Part shown: piece after piece, positions 18,739-27,733 of the stretch
Layout of the letters: each line of letters begins with the position of its first letter
Position numbering within the stretch: the first letter of the stretch is position 1
Source of the DNA: Candidatus Aenigmatarchaeota archaeon
Lineage (GTDB): Archaea; Aenigmatarchaeota; Aenigmatarchaeia; Aenigmatarchaeales; Aenigmatarchaeaceae
Assembly (NCBI GenBank): GCA_043802485.1
Contig: JAZDKZ010000006.1
Coordinates: forward strand, 64,001 to 128,000
Direction of reading: 5' to 3'
Length of the DNA: 64,000 bases
Position numbers and translations under genes: made by a program
The notes under the pieces: generated by a model
Told to the model about the DNA's origin: nothing
What the model saw: only the letters and a program-made list of their open reading frames with translations
Database searches by the model: none

Positions 18739-19599
18739 TTGTATAATATTAGCATGGTTTTGACCAAGGAAATGACCAAGAAAATCAATGATTTTGTCTA
18801 TCTAAAGCCCAGGAGCATAGATGAGATAGCCAAAAACATCAAAGTTAACTGGCGCACAGCTGATAGATATGTAGAAAAGATATCAAAAGAGCTGGGAACC
18901 ATATCAACCAAGGTCTTCCGTGGTGGCACACGCGGGGCTTTGAAAGTGGTTTTCTGGAATAACTCAGAAAATTTCAATTCTTCAGAGATTAGGGAGAGGC
19001 TTTTCAACCAGATAGTCTTCGGCAAGCAGAAAAAGGATTTCAGCCCTTCGGAAATAGTCCAGTTTGTCGACAAAGATAAGAAGATAATAAAGGTCATGAC
19101 CGAGAACGAGTACAACTCGACCTCCAATTCAAAGGATTTTGCAGACAGATTAAAGTCTGCGGAAAAACAGATATTGTTCTTCTCAGGAAACCTGACCTTC
19201 AGCAATACCAAGAATCATGATAAGCGGATAAGGGACATAATCGAGGAGCTGGGGAGAAAGAAGGTCTCTACAAAAATCCTGTCTAGAGTTGAGTTGGCAG
19301 GTCTTGACACCATCCAGGACGTGCTTTCAATAAACAGCAGGATAGGTTATGACGCTGTTGAGATGAGGCACTGCTACCAGCCACTCAGAGCCACAATAAT
19401 AGACAGCAAGGAAGCCTCTTTCAAGGAGGTTTTAGATCCCGAGGACTATGCCAAGGACGAGATGAAGCACAAACTATACGTAGTATATCACATTTACGAC
19501 GAGGAATGGATAGAGTGGCTGCAGAAAGTTTTCTGGCACCTTTTCAGGGGATCGATAGACGCCAAAAAAAGAATAGAGGAGTTGGAGCTGCTAAAATAA
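18739..19599 (+). CDS. putative transcription regulator (N-terminal HTH, TrmB/PLD-like C-terminal domain)
   Basis: SIDEIAKNIKVNWRTADRYV HTH; RLKSAEKQILF...RATIIDSKE...FWHLF pattern. Confidence 0.65.
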   Translation: MYNISMVLTKEMTKKINDFVYLKPRSIDEIAKNIKVNWRTADRYVEKISKELGTISTKVFRGGTRGALKVVFWNNSENFNSSEIRERLFNQIVFGKQKKDFSPSEIVQFVDKDKKIIKVMTENEYNSTSNSKDFADRLKSAEKQILFFSGNLTFSNTKNHDKRIRDIIEELGRKKVSTKILSRVELAGLDTIQDVLSINSRIGYDAVEMRHCYQPLRATIIDSKEASFKEVLDPEDYAKDEMKHKLYVVYHIYDEEWIEWLQKVFWHLFRGSIDAKKRIEELELLK

Positions 19600-20022
19600 G
19601 AATTTTAAGCCCTTTTCTTTTTTTTTGCCTAAAGAGTCGTAAAAGCCAGTGTATGCACCCATAACCTCGTATAATGCGCCTCTCTCATCCGCCTTTACTA
19701 TAAAATTGAGCGTTCTCTTTGTTGGCCGCCCGACCTTTTTGGCATAAGTCAAGAAATTGACTCCATGGATAGTACCTCCTAACTGAGGTCTCACTTTGTT
19801 TTCGTTATCACCAACAGATTTCAAATTTATTTTTAGACCCCCGTTTCTTCTTAGGGAACGTTTGTTTTGGAGGTTTTCTTCTATTCTTCTCATCATCATG
19901 TAACCGTCTTCTTCTGCGAGCCTTTTGCCAGGAAAACCGTACGCCGTTTCATTTTTCTCAAAGTCTACGTACAAAACTTTAAAGGGTACGGGTTCAAAAA
20001 CTTCCCTGATTTTTTCACTCAT
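19591..20022 (-). CDS. hypothetical protein
   Basis: 143-aa ATG ORF. Confidence 0.6.
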   Translation of the reverse strand: MSEKIREVFEPVPFKVLYVDFEKNETAYGFPGKRLAEEDGYMMMRRIEENLQNKRSLRRNGGLKINLKSVGDNENKVRPQLGGTIHGVNFLTYAKKVGRPTKRTLNFIVKADERGALYEVMGAYTGFYDSLGKKKEKGLKFLF

Positions 20023-20120
20023 ATTTATTCATGTAATTTGGGAAATATAAAACCAATATAGGTACCAATACAGTATCCATTAACCAAGAACAAACAACTC
20101 CAAGAAAACAGGAAACAATA

Positions 20121-20288
20121 CTATTTCTTCAGTCTGCCGCGTCTCCAGTGCTTTGTGGGCTGGACTGCAATCCTTCTTGTTCTGGCCCTTTTTCCATATT
20201 TCTTCAAGTCTGCCCATCTAGGCGCAGGTTTTTTCTTGCTGGCTGCTATAAGCCTCAATTTTTTTGCCGCAGGCGTCTGGTTCGTCAT
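20121..20288 (-). CDS. rpl39e: 50S ribosomal protein L39e (not in ORF track)
   Basis: MTNQTPAAKKLRLIAASKKKPAPRWADLKKYGKRARTRRIAVQPTKHWRRGRLKK; KKLRL, P.W and HWRR motifs; usual position after rps19e-PDCD5. Confidence 0.9.
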   Translation of the reverse strand: MTNQTPAAKKLRLIAASKKKPAPRWADLKKYGKRARTRRIAVQPTKHWRRGRLKK

Positions 20289-20292
20289 GTAA

Positions 20293-20547
20293 TCATTTTC
20301 TCTTTATTTTTGTCTTTCTTTTCTTGGGGATTAAAACACTCAAAATCTGCTTTAATTTTTTGTCATCAATCTTTCCCTTTAGCTGTCCTGACTGGTATAG
20401 TTGGACAAGGTAGAGTTCCAGCTGGGTCGAGAGAACAGGGTTCGCCATCTTCACCCTTCCTAGCCTCTCCATCGCCTCCTTGTCTAGCACTTTTATGAGC
20501 ACGCTGCTCTTCATCGCATCGAACTGTTTGAGGTTCTCATCCGTCAT
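20293..20547 (-). CDS. PDCD5-family DNA-binding protein
   Basis: LDKEAMERLGRVKMANP...QLYQSGQLKGKIDDKKLKQIL. Confidence 0.9.
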   Translation of the reverse strand: MTDENLKQFDAMKSSVLIKVLDKEAMERLGRVKMANPVLSTQLELYLVQLYQSGQLKGKIDDKKLKQILSVLIPKKRKTKIKRK

Positions 20548-20954
20548 CTTATCTCCCTTCCTGTTCTTTCCAGGAACTTCTGGCCTTTCGGCGTTATTGC
20601 CCTTCCTTTTTTAGGAGCATCAACCGTTTTGACATAGCCTACCTTTTCAAGCTGCTGTAGTATTGTCCTCAGCACCTTGCCGCCTGCCTTGGCATGTCTG
20701 CTCGGCTTGTGGCCCCTGTCCTTCCTGCCGCCGAACACTGTTCTCAGCTTCTCGGTGCCAACAGGGCCGTTGACATAGACCCTTCTCAGCACAGCAGCAG
20801 ACCTGATGAACCACCAGTCGTCCTGCACAGGAGGCCTTTCCGAGCAGACTCCTGTCTTTACATACTTTGACCATTCTGGCGGCTTTATGTTGTCGTTCTT
20901 CTTCAGCTTCTCCGACAAGCCGGCTATCAGTTTTTGGGGCGCCACATTTTTCAT
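20544..20954 (-). CDS. rps19e: 30S ribosomal protein S19e
   Basis: PEWSKYVKTG..ERPP..DWWFIRSAAVLR, GRAITPKGQ. Confidence 0.97.
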   Translation of the reverse strand: MKNVAPQKLIAGLSEKLKKNDNIKPPEWSKYVKTGVCSERPPVQDDWWFIRSAAVLRRVYVNGPVGTEKLRTVFGGRKDRGHKPSRHAKAGGKVLRTILQQLEKVGYVKTVDAPKKGRAITPKGQKFLERTGREIR

Positions 20955-21215
20955 ACACTCACTTTGACTTTAATGTTTAAATGCTTTTGCTGCTTTGAAC
21001 TCGAGCAAAACAATAAGAAAATAGGCATTTACATCTTATAAAATATTATGGTTAAGGATGAATTCATTAAACCGTATATCTCTGCCTATTTTCATAATAA
21101 TCCTGTTCGGTCATTTGTTTATATTTCTCTTGACTGGGAAGAGGAAACCCCATGAACAATTGGACTAATCTCAATTCAATGCATTTTTTCATATAATAGA
21201 AATTGTGAATTAATC

Positions 21216-21377
21216 TTAAATATTCAATCTGTACTTCTTGGATATCCTCTTTATCAGCAGCTCGTAGCGTTTCTCAAAGTCAGGCCTTCTTGCCTTCATT
21301 TTGTCCAGGATGTCGATTCGTTCCTGAGCGATTTTCATTCTCTCGTCTTTCATCTGCTTGAAGCGTTTGGCTTTCAT
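21216..21377 (-). CDS. rnp4: truncated RNase P subunit Rpp21-like protein (53 aa, N-terminal helices only)
   Basis: KIAQERIDIL...KRYELLIKRISKKYRL; AGGTGA SD; upstream of rps19e as in the archaeal superoperon; no CxxC pairs. Confidence 0.65.
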   Translation of the reverse strand: MKAKRFKQMKDERMKIAQERIDILDKMKARRPDFEKRYELLIKRISKKYRLNI

Positions 21378-21913
21378 TCCCGTATCACCTTAGAATCGTT
21401 TGTCAGGTCTATAACTTTTGAAGGATTTCCTTTCAATATGCCCTCTTCTATGTACATGGAAACAGCATCCCCGAATTCGTTCTTTATTTCATTTATGTTG
21501 ATTGGTGTGGGGTGCTGGTGCTTGTTTGCCGAGGTGGTTGTTATCGGTTTTCCGAAGCTTCTAGATATTAAAGTGCACCAGTGGTCCGGTATCCTAAACC
21601 CCACATTGTTTTCAGAGACATGAAGTGTGGTTTTAGGTTTAAGAATAAAGGTGAACGGACCGGGCAATGACTTCTTCAAGACGCTCATTTGCTCCATGCT
21701 TATTTCTGCGTATTTTGCAAGCATCTCGAAATCCGATACAAGGACTGAAATTGGCATATTCAGCGGCCTCTCCTTTATTTCGTAAACCTTCCCAACAGCT
21801 TCTTTTGAAGTGGCGTCAGCGCCAATGCCGTATATCGTATCTGTGGGGTAGACTATCAAATTGCCGTTTCTGAGGGTTTCAATTGCCTTTTCAAGAACCT
21901 CTACTTTTTCCAT
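21374..21913 (-). CDS. tsaC: L-threonylcarbamoyladenylate synthase (Sua5/TsaC, YrdC domain only)
   Basis: YPTDTIYGIG, K.RP, PGPFTFIL, GFRIP, TTSAN; start reassigned to MEKVE. Confidence 0.93.
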   Translation of the reverse strand: MEKVEVLEKAIETLRNGNLIVYPTDTIYGIGADATSKEAVGKVYEIKERPLNMPISVLVSDFEMLAKYAEISMEQMSVLKKSLPGPFTFILKPKTTLHVSENNVGFRIPDHWCTLISRSFGKPITTTSANKHQHPTPININEIKNEFGDAVSMYIEEGILKGNPSKVIDLTNDSKVIRE

Positions 21914-21929
21914 TAATATCACGAAAGTG

Positions 21930-22000
21930 TGCACCGACCGGGACTCGAACCCGGATCGTGAGCTTGGAAGGCTCATATCCTACCATTAGACTATCGGTGC
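21930..22000 (-). tRNA. tRNA-Gly(TCC)
   Basis: GCACCGA/UCGGUGC acceptor, UGAGC CU UCC AA GCUCA anticodon arm, GGUUCGAGUCC. Confidence 0.95.
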
Positions 22001-22024
22001 TTACAGAATAGATTTTAATTCTAA

Positions 22025-22423
22025 TTATTTAAAAGACTTTCTTATTTTTTCAGATATTTTTTCCATCTCATCATTCGGTAGTTTCAAAGTCTTCTCTGGA
22101 TTAAGCCAGCTGCCATGGCCGTCATCCTTGAATCTGGGAATAATATGTATGTGTGCATGGGGAACATCTGTTCCGCCAATACCAGAAACCACAAACTCTG
22201 CTTCCAATGATTTTTGCAGGGCCTTGGCAACTTTCTTCGCAGCCTCGAAATAATCTCCTGCGTTTTCAACATCCCAGACCCACCTGTAATGTTTCTTTGG
22301 GATAATCAGCGTATGTCCGGGGTTACAGGGATTGATGTCCAGAAAGGCTATGAAATCATCTTCCTCATAGATATTGTGGCAGGGTATATCCCCTTTCACT
22401 ATCTTGCAAAATACACAGTCCAT
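22025..22423 (-). CDS. HIT family hydrolase
   Basis: DCVFCKI, GHTLIIPK, HAHIHIIPR. Confidence 0.95.
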   Translation of the reverse strand: MDCVFCKIVKGDIPCHNIYEEDDFIAFLDINPCNPGHTLIIPKKHYRWVWDVENAGDYFEAAKKVAKALQKSLEAEFVVSGIGGTDVPHAHIHIIPRFKDDGHGSWLNPEKTLKLPNDEMEKISEKIRKSFK

Positions 22424-22438
22424 GTTATCACAATGAAG

Positions 22439-22548
22439 TGGGGTTGCCAGGATTTGAACCTGGATCGGCTGGTTTCCTCTGTCATCTTTGGATCAAAGCT
22501 CCAAAAAATTGGAGCCAGCTATCTTAAACCTGGTTGGACGACAACCCC
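22439..22548 (-). tRNA. tRNA-Trp(CCA) with 35-nt intron at 37/38 (22474-22508)
   Basis: GGGGUUG/CAACCCC acceptor; GCUGG CU CCA A^intron^A CCAGC; relaxed BHB (CUCC/GAGG, one mismatch). Confidence 0.9.
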
Positions 22549-22591
22549 TCTGAAAGAATTGATACGCAAGTGTTTTTATATTTTTCTAATT

Positions 22592-23623
22592 CTAAGAGAA
22601 AGCCCTGACAGAATTCCAGGAAACGCTCTTGTTGAGCTTCTCATCTACAAAACCCTTGAAAAGCAAAAATAGATGAACATTACTGAGAAGGAACCACACA
22701 GGCAGGTAAATGAGATCTATCAAAGGTTCCTTGAACTTTATTCTAGAGTAGACAAGAAAAGCCATGGTGAATAAAAATAAGCCAAGAAGAGGCGCTGTCA
22801 AGAAAAGGGGCAGGCCGAAATACATGAATACTGCGAGTATGGTAGCTGTCATGAGCCCAAACGGCGGGACGTAAAAATATACGCCATGCATAAGGTCTGA
22901 AAGGAACTTTATGCCTGATCTTCTCTTGTACTTTAGCATCCTTACAGAGCCTCTGGCCCATCTTATCCTCTGCTTGAAGAAAGCCTTGAAAGACGGCGGC
23001 TCCTCGTTCCATGCTATGGCTTCTGGCTCGAAAACCGTCTTGTAGCCCCTGTCCTTGAGTTTTAGCGACATTTCAATGTCCTCTACAAAGGTCTGCGTGT
23101 CAAAGCAGCCAACCTTCATCAGGACATCCTTCCTTATGAACATGTTCTTGCCGAAAAAGTGGGTGTTGGCTCCCTTGCTGTTGAGGAAATATTCAATAAA
23201 CGAGATGAAACTGGTCTCCAGTGCCAACGATCTGGCTATTATTGATTGGTTCTTGTTATGAGACTTGAGATTGCCACAGACTCCTGCTATATCCTTGTTT
23301 TCAAAACGTTTTGCCACTTTTTTAAGGCAGTTCTTGTCAACGATGCAGTCTGCGTCGTAGATGCCGATTATCTCGCCCTTGGCCTTGGGTATGACGCTGT
23401 TCAGGGCGTCTCCCTTGCAGGTCTTTGGGCTTGATTTTATGACTTTTACCCTGCTGCCAAAGCTCTTGCATATCTTCTCTGTCCTGTCCTTTGAGCCGTC
23501 TATTGCCACGATTATCTCTAGCCTGTTCTTTGGGTATTTCAGGTCCAAAAGGCTCTTTAAGCAATTGCCTACGACTTTCTCCTCGTTCCTTGCCGGGACA
23601 ATAAGGCTCATTGTTGGTAGCAT
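22592..23623 (-). CDS. GT2 family membrane glycosyltransferase
   Basis: VPARNEE, DGSKD, YDAD, VEDIE, QRIRW. Confidence 0.93.
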   Translation of the reverse strand: MLPTMSLIVPARNEEKVVGNCLKSLLDLKYPKNRLEIIVAIDGSKDRTEKICKSFGSRVKVIKSSPKTCKGDALNSVIPKAKGEIIGIYDADCIVDKNCLKKVAKRFENKDIAGVCGNLKSHNKNQSIIARSLALETSFISFIEYFLNSKGANTHFFGKNMFIRKDVLMKVGCFDTQTFVEDIEMSLKLKDRGYKTVFEPEAIAWNEEPPSFKAFFKQRIRWARGSVRMLKYKRRSGIKFLSDLMHGVYFYVPPFGLMTATILAVFMYFGLPLFLTAPLLGLFLFTMAFLVYSRIKFKEPLIDLIYLPVWFLLSNVHLFLLFKGFVDEKLNKSVSWNSVRAFS

Positions 23624-24037
23624 TGAATATAAGATTGGAATAACTGCTTTATAAGCTTATTTATAATCGAAGGACACTTTCACTGAGAAAAAGTGGTATT
23701 TATAAGACAGAAAAGCTAATAATAGAAGGATACTAAAGAAGTTTTCTCTGTTAAAAGAGTTAAAAGAAATTAGTTATCTAAAATGGATGGTGATAAGTTG
23801 GGTAATGTTTTTGTAATGAGAGAGAAGTTTTTGGAAAGGCTTGCAGAGAGCAGGCACAGGGATGCAAAGAATACGGATTAAATCCCTCTTTTTCTTCATT
23901 TTCATGCTATCAGCAGAGCACCTATCACAATCATTATTACTGAGAGAGTCTTCAAAAACAGGGTGGACCTGATGGAAAACACTGCCCACAACATATCATT
24001 ATAATTTGATGGACTGGCTTAAAACGTTAAAAAGAAG

Positions 24038-24110
24038 TGGGCCCAGAGGGGCTCGAACCCTCGACCTACTGGTTAAGAGCCAGTCGCTCTACCGACTGAG
24101 CTATGGGCCC
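24038..24110 (-). tRNA. tRNA-Lys(CTT)
   Basis: GGGCCCA/UGGGCCC acceptor, ACUGG CU CUU AA CCAGU, GGUUCGAGCCC. Confidence 0.95.
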
Positions 24111-24165
24111 GTGAATAAAGAATGATAATTGTATTTTATAAAACTAATTATTGATAGAAAAAAAA

Positions 24166-24351
24166 TTATCTCTTCCTGTTCCTTGTCAAAAGGTTCTTCC
24201 ACGCCCAGTTGAACTTTCTCATCTTTGGATCAGGATAGCCACATCTTGAACATCTCTTTTTTGTTATATGATATGTATGTTTCCCGCACCTTCTACACGG
24301 TATGTGAATAATTTTTCTACGTTTACCAAAAGAAGGAGTTCCTTTTGTCAC
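24166..24351 (-). CDS. rpl37e: 50S ribosomal protein L37e
   Basis: TKGTPSFGKR, HIPCRRCG, CSRCGYP. Confidence 0.96.
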   Translation of the reverse strand: MTKGTPSFGKRRKIIHIPCRRCGKHTYHITKKRCSRCGYPDPKMRKFNWAWKNLLTRNRKR

Positions 24352-24363
24352 AGAATCAACCTC

Positions 24364-24597
24364 TTATTGAGCCGAAGGAGAGACGAAGATTATCGTGTCG
24401 CCCCTGACCAGAATCGATCCAAGCTTTACCTTCTTGTCTCCCTTTATCTCATCCACATCTTCTAGCCAAAGGTTCAAGTGTAAATCAAAAGCTTGCAAGA
24501 CTCCTGTCATTTCAGCGCCGTTCTTTAATCTTATAATTACTCTCTTTTCTTTTGCCTTATCAAGTACATCTAATGGTCTTGTCATTGTTATCACCAA
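24364..24597 (-). CDS. Sm-like (Lsm/SmAP) RNA-binding protein
   Basis: RPLDVL, G.LQAFDLHLNL, ILVRGDTI; linked to rpl37e. Confidence 0.95.
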   Translation of the reverse strand: MVITMTRPLDVLDKAKEKRVIIRLKNGAEMTGVLQAFDLHLNLWLEDVDEIKGDKKVKLGSILVRGDTIIFVSPSAQ

Positions 24598-24648
24598 TCT
24601 ATAACAGATATTACATTAACATATTTAAATCTTATTACTTCTGAAAAA

Positions 24649-24921
24649 TCATTCCAGTCTTTTTATTATGTGCCAGCCAAACTGGGTTTTCACTGGTTGC
24701 GATGTCTCTCCCCTGTTCAAGGCGAATGCCGCCTTCTCGAACTCCCTGACCATCCTTCCCCTTCCGAAGGTTCCAAGATCGCCGCCTTTTTTTCCGGATG
24801 GGCACATTGACTTTTCCCCTGCTATTTTAGAAAAGCTGTCTCCCTTGGTTATCTGTTCCAGAATGCTCCTTGCTTCCTGCTCTGTCTTGACAAGAATGTG
24901 CGCGCAGTGTGCATTATCCAT
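24649..24921 (-). CDS. ppiC: parvulin-type peptidyl-prolyl isomerase
   Basis: [29 protein letters not shown]. Confidence 0.95.
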   Translation of the reverse strand: MDNAHCAHILVKTEQEARSILEQITKGDSFSKIAGEKSMCPSGKKGGDLGTFGRGRMVREFEKAAFALNRGETSQPVKTQFGWHIIKRLE

Positions 24922-24991
24922 AAAATCACCTACAACTCTATACGAGAAAAGCATTTAAATATATCTACCTACTAATGATGTTTGTGATTAA

Positions 24992-25378
24992 ATGTCTATA
25001 ACTCGATTGAAAAGCAAGAGAAAGCTGACTGGTGGTCTGTACAAGAAGCAGAGAAAGAAAAGGAAGAGTGATTTCGGCAAAGACTTTTTTCCTCCAAAGA
25101 TTGGCAAGGAAAGAAGGAAGACCATTGACGGTCTGGCTAGGAACAAGAAGGAGAGACTGTTCGAAGTTGAAAAGGCAAACGTCTCTGACGGGTCTGGAAA
25201 GGCCAAGGTTGTAAAGATATTGCACGTTGAGAAGAATCCTGCCAACCCGCACTTTGTGAGAATGAGCATCGTGACAAAGGGCGCTATAATAAAGACGGAA
25301 TTGGGCATGGCCAAGGTAGTTTCTAGGCCTGGGCAGCATGGGGTTGTCAACGCCGTTTTGGTCAAAGAGAAGGAATAA
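24992..25378 (+). CDS. rps8e: 30S ribosomal protein S8e
   Basis: KRKLTGG, NPANPHF, TKGAII, SRPGQHGVVNAV. Confidence 0.95.
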   Translation: MSITRLKSKRKLTGGLYKKQRKKRKSDFGKDFFPPKIGKERRKTIDGLARNKKERLFEVEKANVSDGSGKAKVVKILHVEKNPANPHFVRMSIVTKGAIIKTELGMAKVVSRPGQHGVVNAVLVKEKE

Positions 25379-25461
25379 TTGGAAATTTCTAAATTTTATA
25401 TACAGACTTCTCGAAATATAATTTGGAAGATGTAGTGTAAACATAATTAAAATTTGATGAT

Positions 25462-26712
25462 ATGTCAAAAGAACTTGAATCTATTGGTTTGTATAAAAAG
25501 TTAATAGAATTCTCTAGCGATGCCATTATCATGGTTGATAAACTAGGCAGGTTTGCATTTGTTAATAAAAAAACTTTAGAAGTTACAGGTTATAAAGAAA
25601 AAGAATTAATAGGAAAGGGTTTTAAGAAATTAGTCCCAGCTAAACATCTTCCCAAAGCTATTGCCATGCTTAGAAAGGTGAGAAGAGGTTTAGGAATTAA
25701 ACCGTTTGAAATCGAGGTCAGAACTAAAGGTGGCGTATTGATACCATTTGAAATGAACGGTTTAGCTGTTAAAGATAAAGGAAAAAATATTGGAGTTCAA
25801 GTGATTGCAAGGGACATTACCGAGCGCAAGAAAGCAGAAGAGATTCTGAGAAAAAGCGATGAAAAATACAAGATTATATTTGAAGGAACGGCTGATGGCA
25901 TTCTTGTTGCTGATACTAAAAGCCATAGATTTATTTTTGCTAATCCCAGAATTTGTGAAATAACAGGCTATTCATTAAAAGAATTGCTTAAACTAGGAGT
26001 AGGTGATATTCATCCTAAGAAGGATTTGCCTTTTGTAATTGACCGGTTCACAAAACAAGCGCAGAAGAAAATAACTCTCGCCAGAAATATTCCTGTTCTG
26101 AGAAAAGATAAAAAAGTGGTTTATTGCGATGTCAATTCCAAACCCGTAACAATTGACGGACAAGAATATTTAGTGGGCTTCTTTAGAGACATCAGTGAAC
26201 GTAGAAAAACTGAAGAAAAAATAAAATATGAAAAAGAATTTTCTGAAACTATTCTCAACATAATGCCTGTTGGATTAGATATTGTTGATAAAGATTGTAT
26301 TATTCGATTTATGAATAAAACTTTCTTAGACGTTTTTGGAAAAAAGGCTTTAGGAAAGAAATGCTATGATGTTTATAAAATAAATAAAAAGCAATGTGAC
26401 GGTTGTTCTTTAAAAAAACCAATAAAAATTGGTGAGACAAAAACAATAGAGGTTGGGAGTATTGTAGGCAACAAAACGTTTTTGATATCGCATACAGGGA
26501 TTTTATTTAATGGAAAAAAACACATTCTGGAAGTTTTCAGGGATATCACAGAGATTAAGAAGTCAGAAGAGGTTTTGAGAAAATCACACGAAGAATTAGA
26601 GAAATTCTACAAAGTTGCTGTAGGCAGAGAATTGAAAATGATTGAACTGAAAAAGAGAATAAGAGAATTGGAAAGTCCTAATTCAGGAAACCAAGGAGAA
26701 AGAAGAACATGA
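25462..26712 (+). CDS. multi-PAS sensor protein with C-terminal coiled coil, no kinase domain
   Basis: Three PAS/PAC units ending RDITERK, RDISERR and RDITEIK; terminal RELKMIELKK. Confidence 0.9.
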   Translation: MSKELESIGLYKKLIEFSSDAIIMVDKLGRFAFVNKKTLEVTGYKEKELIGKGFKKLVPAKHLPKAIAMLRKVRRGLGIKPFEIEVRTKGGVLIPFEMNGLAVKDKGKNIGVQVIARDITERKKAEEILRKSDEKYKIIFEGTADGILVADTKSHRFIFANPRICEITGYSLKELLKLGVGDIHPKKDLPFVIDRFTKQAQKKITLARNIPVLRKDKKVVYCDVNSKPVTIDGQEYLVGFFRDISERRKTEEKIKYEKEFSETILNIMPVGLDIVDKDCIIRFMNKTFLDVFGKKALGKKCYDVYKINKKQCDGCSLKKPIKIGETKTIEVGSIVGNKTFLISHTGILFNGKKHILEVFRDITEIKKSEEVLRKSHEELEKFYKVAVGRELKMIELKKRIRELESPNSGNQGERRT

Positions 26713-27713
26713 AAACAATAGGGATTGTTGTTATTGTTGTGATTGGGATTTTAATTGGCAGTTATTACTTCTTTGTGTATGGGGCAGACGTAACTGAAAA
26801 GCCAGCAGAACTTGAGAAAGTTACTGTAACTGCATATGAGGGGGATGTCGCTGTTCTAGTCTATATAGCAAAAGAAAAGGGTTATTTCGAGGAAAACGGT
26901 CTTGACGTGACAATAAAAAGTTATGCTTCTGGCAGGCTTGCTGCCGATGCGTTATTAGCTGATGAAGCTGATGTCTCTACTTCAGGAGATTTTGCATTTG
27001 TGAGCGATAGTTTCGCTAATGATGACTTGAGGGTTTTCGGCACAACATCTTACTTTGATTTATGTGAAGTGGTTGCTCGGAAAGACAGAGGCATTTCAAA
27101 CCCGAGCGATTTGAAGGGAAAGAAAATCGGGGTTCTTAAAGACGGTGCTCCAGAATTCCATCTCGGGACATTCTTAATATTCAATGGTCTCTCTTTAGAG
27201 GATGTGGAAATCGTTTATTTGAGTGCCGCTGAAACAGTTGAAGCTATCATAGACGGAGAAATCGATGCCACAATGATATGGAACCCATACGCTTATACCA
27301 TAAAGAACAGCTTGGGTGACAACGCAATAAGCTGGCCCGGTCAAAACGGGCAAAGAATGTACTTTCTGCTGCTTTGCAAGGAGAAATGGATAAAAAATAA
27401 TCCTGACACGGTTAAAAGGTTTACGAAAGCCCTTGTTGAGACAGAAGAATATGCAAAGGCCAATGAAAAAGAAGTTAAAGAGTTTACTATACATAGATTT
27501 GGTTACGATGCTGATTATTTTGAATCCATATGGAAAGAGATTGACATTTCGGTTGAAATATCCCAGACAATGCTGGTTACATTGGAAGGCCAAGCACGAT
27601 GGAGAATTGTTAATAATCTAACAGATAAAACCGAAATCCCTAATTATTTGGATTACTTTTACACAGATGCTTTGGAAGAGGTTAAACCAGAGTCCGTAAC
27701 AATAATACGCTAG
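26709..27713 (+). CDS. SsuA/NMT1-type substrate-binding protein, membrane anchored
   Basis: IAKEKGYFEENGLDV, DLKGKKIG, GEIDA..IWNPY. Confidence 0.9.
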   Translation: MKTIGIVVIVVIGILIGSYYFFVYGADVTEKPAELEKVTVTAYEGDVAVLVYIAKEKGYFEENGLDVTIKSYASGRLAADALLADEADVSTSGDFAFVSDSFANDDLRVFGTTSYFDLCEVVARKDRGISNPSDLKGKKIGVLKDGAPEFHLGTFLIFNGLSLEDVEIVYLSAAETVEAIIDGEIDATMIWNPYAYTIKNSLGDNAISWPGQNGQRMYFLLLCKEKWIKNNPDTVKRFTKALVETEEYAKANEKEVKEFTIHRFGYDADYFESIWKEIDISVEISQTMLVTLEGQARWRIVNNLTDKTEIPNYLDYFYTDALEEVKPESVTIIR

Positions 27714-27733
27714 CTGGGCACGGTAGATAAAAA

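Noticed and set aside
21914..21976. N-terminal extension of the Sua5/TsaC ORF
   Set aside because: Runs through tRNA-Gly; the likely start is the ATG at 21913
22214..22672. 152-aa plus-strand ORF
   Set aside because: Overlaps the HIT gene, tRNA-Trp and the GT2 gene in antisense
23774..23995. 71-aa Cys-containing ORF and a short hydrophobic ORF in another frame, downstream of tRNA-Lys
   Set aside because: No convincing motif or start signal; possibly a decayed membrane-protein remnant but not supportable
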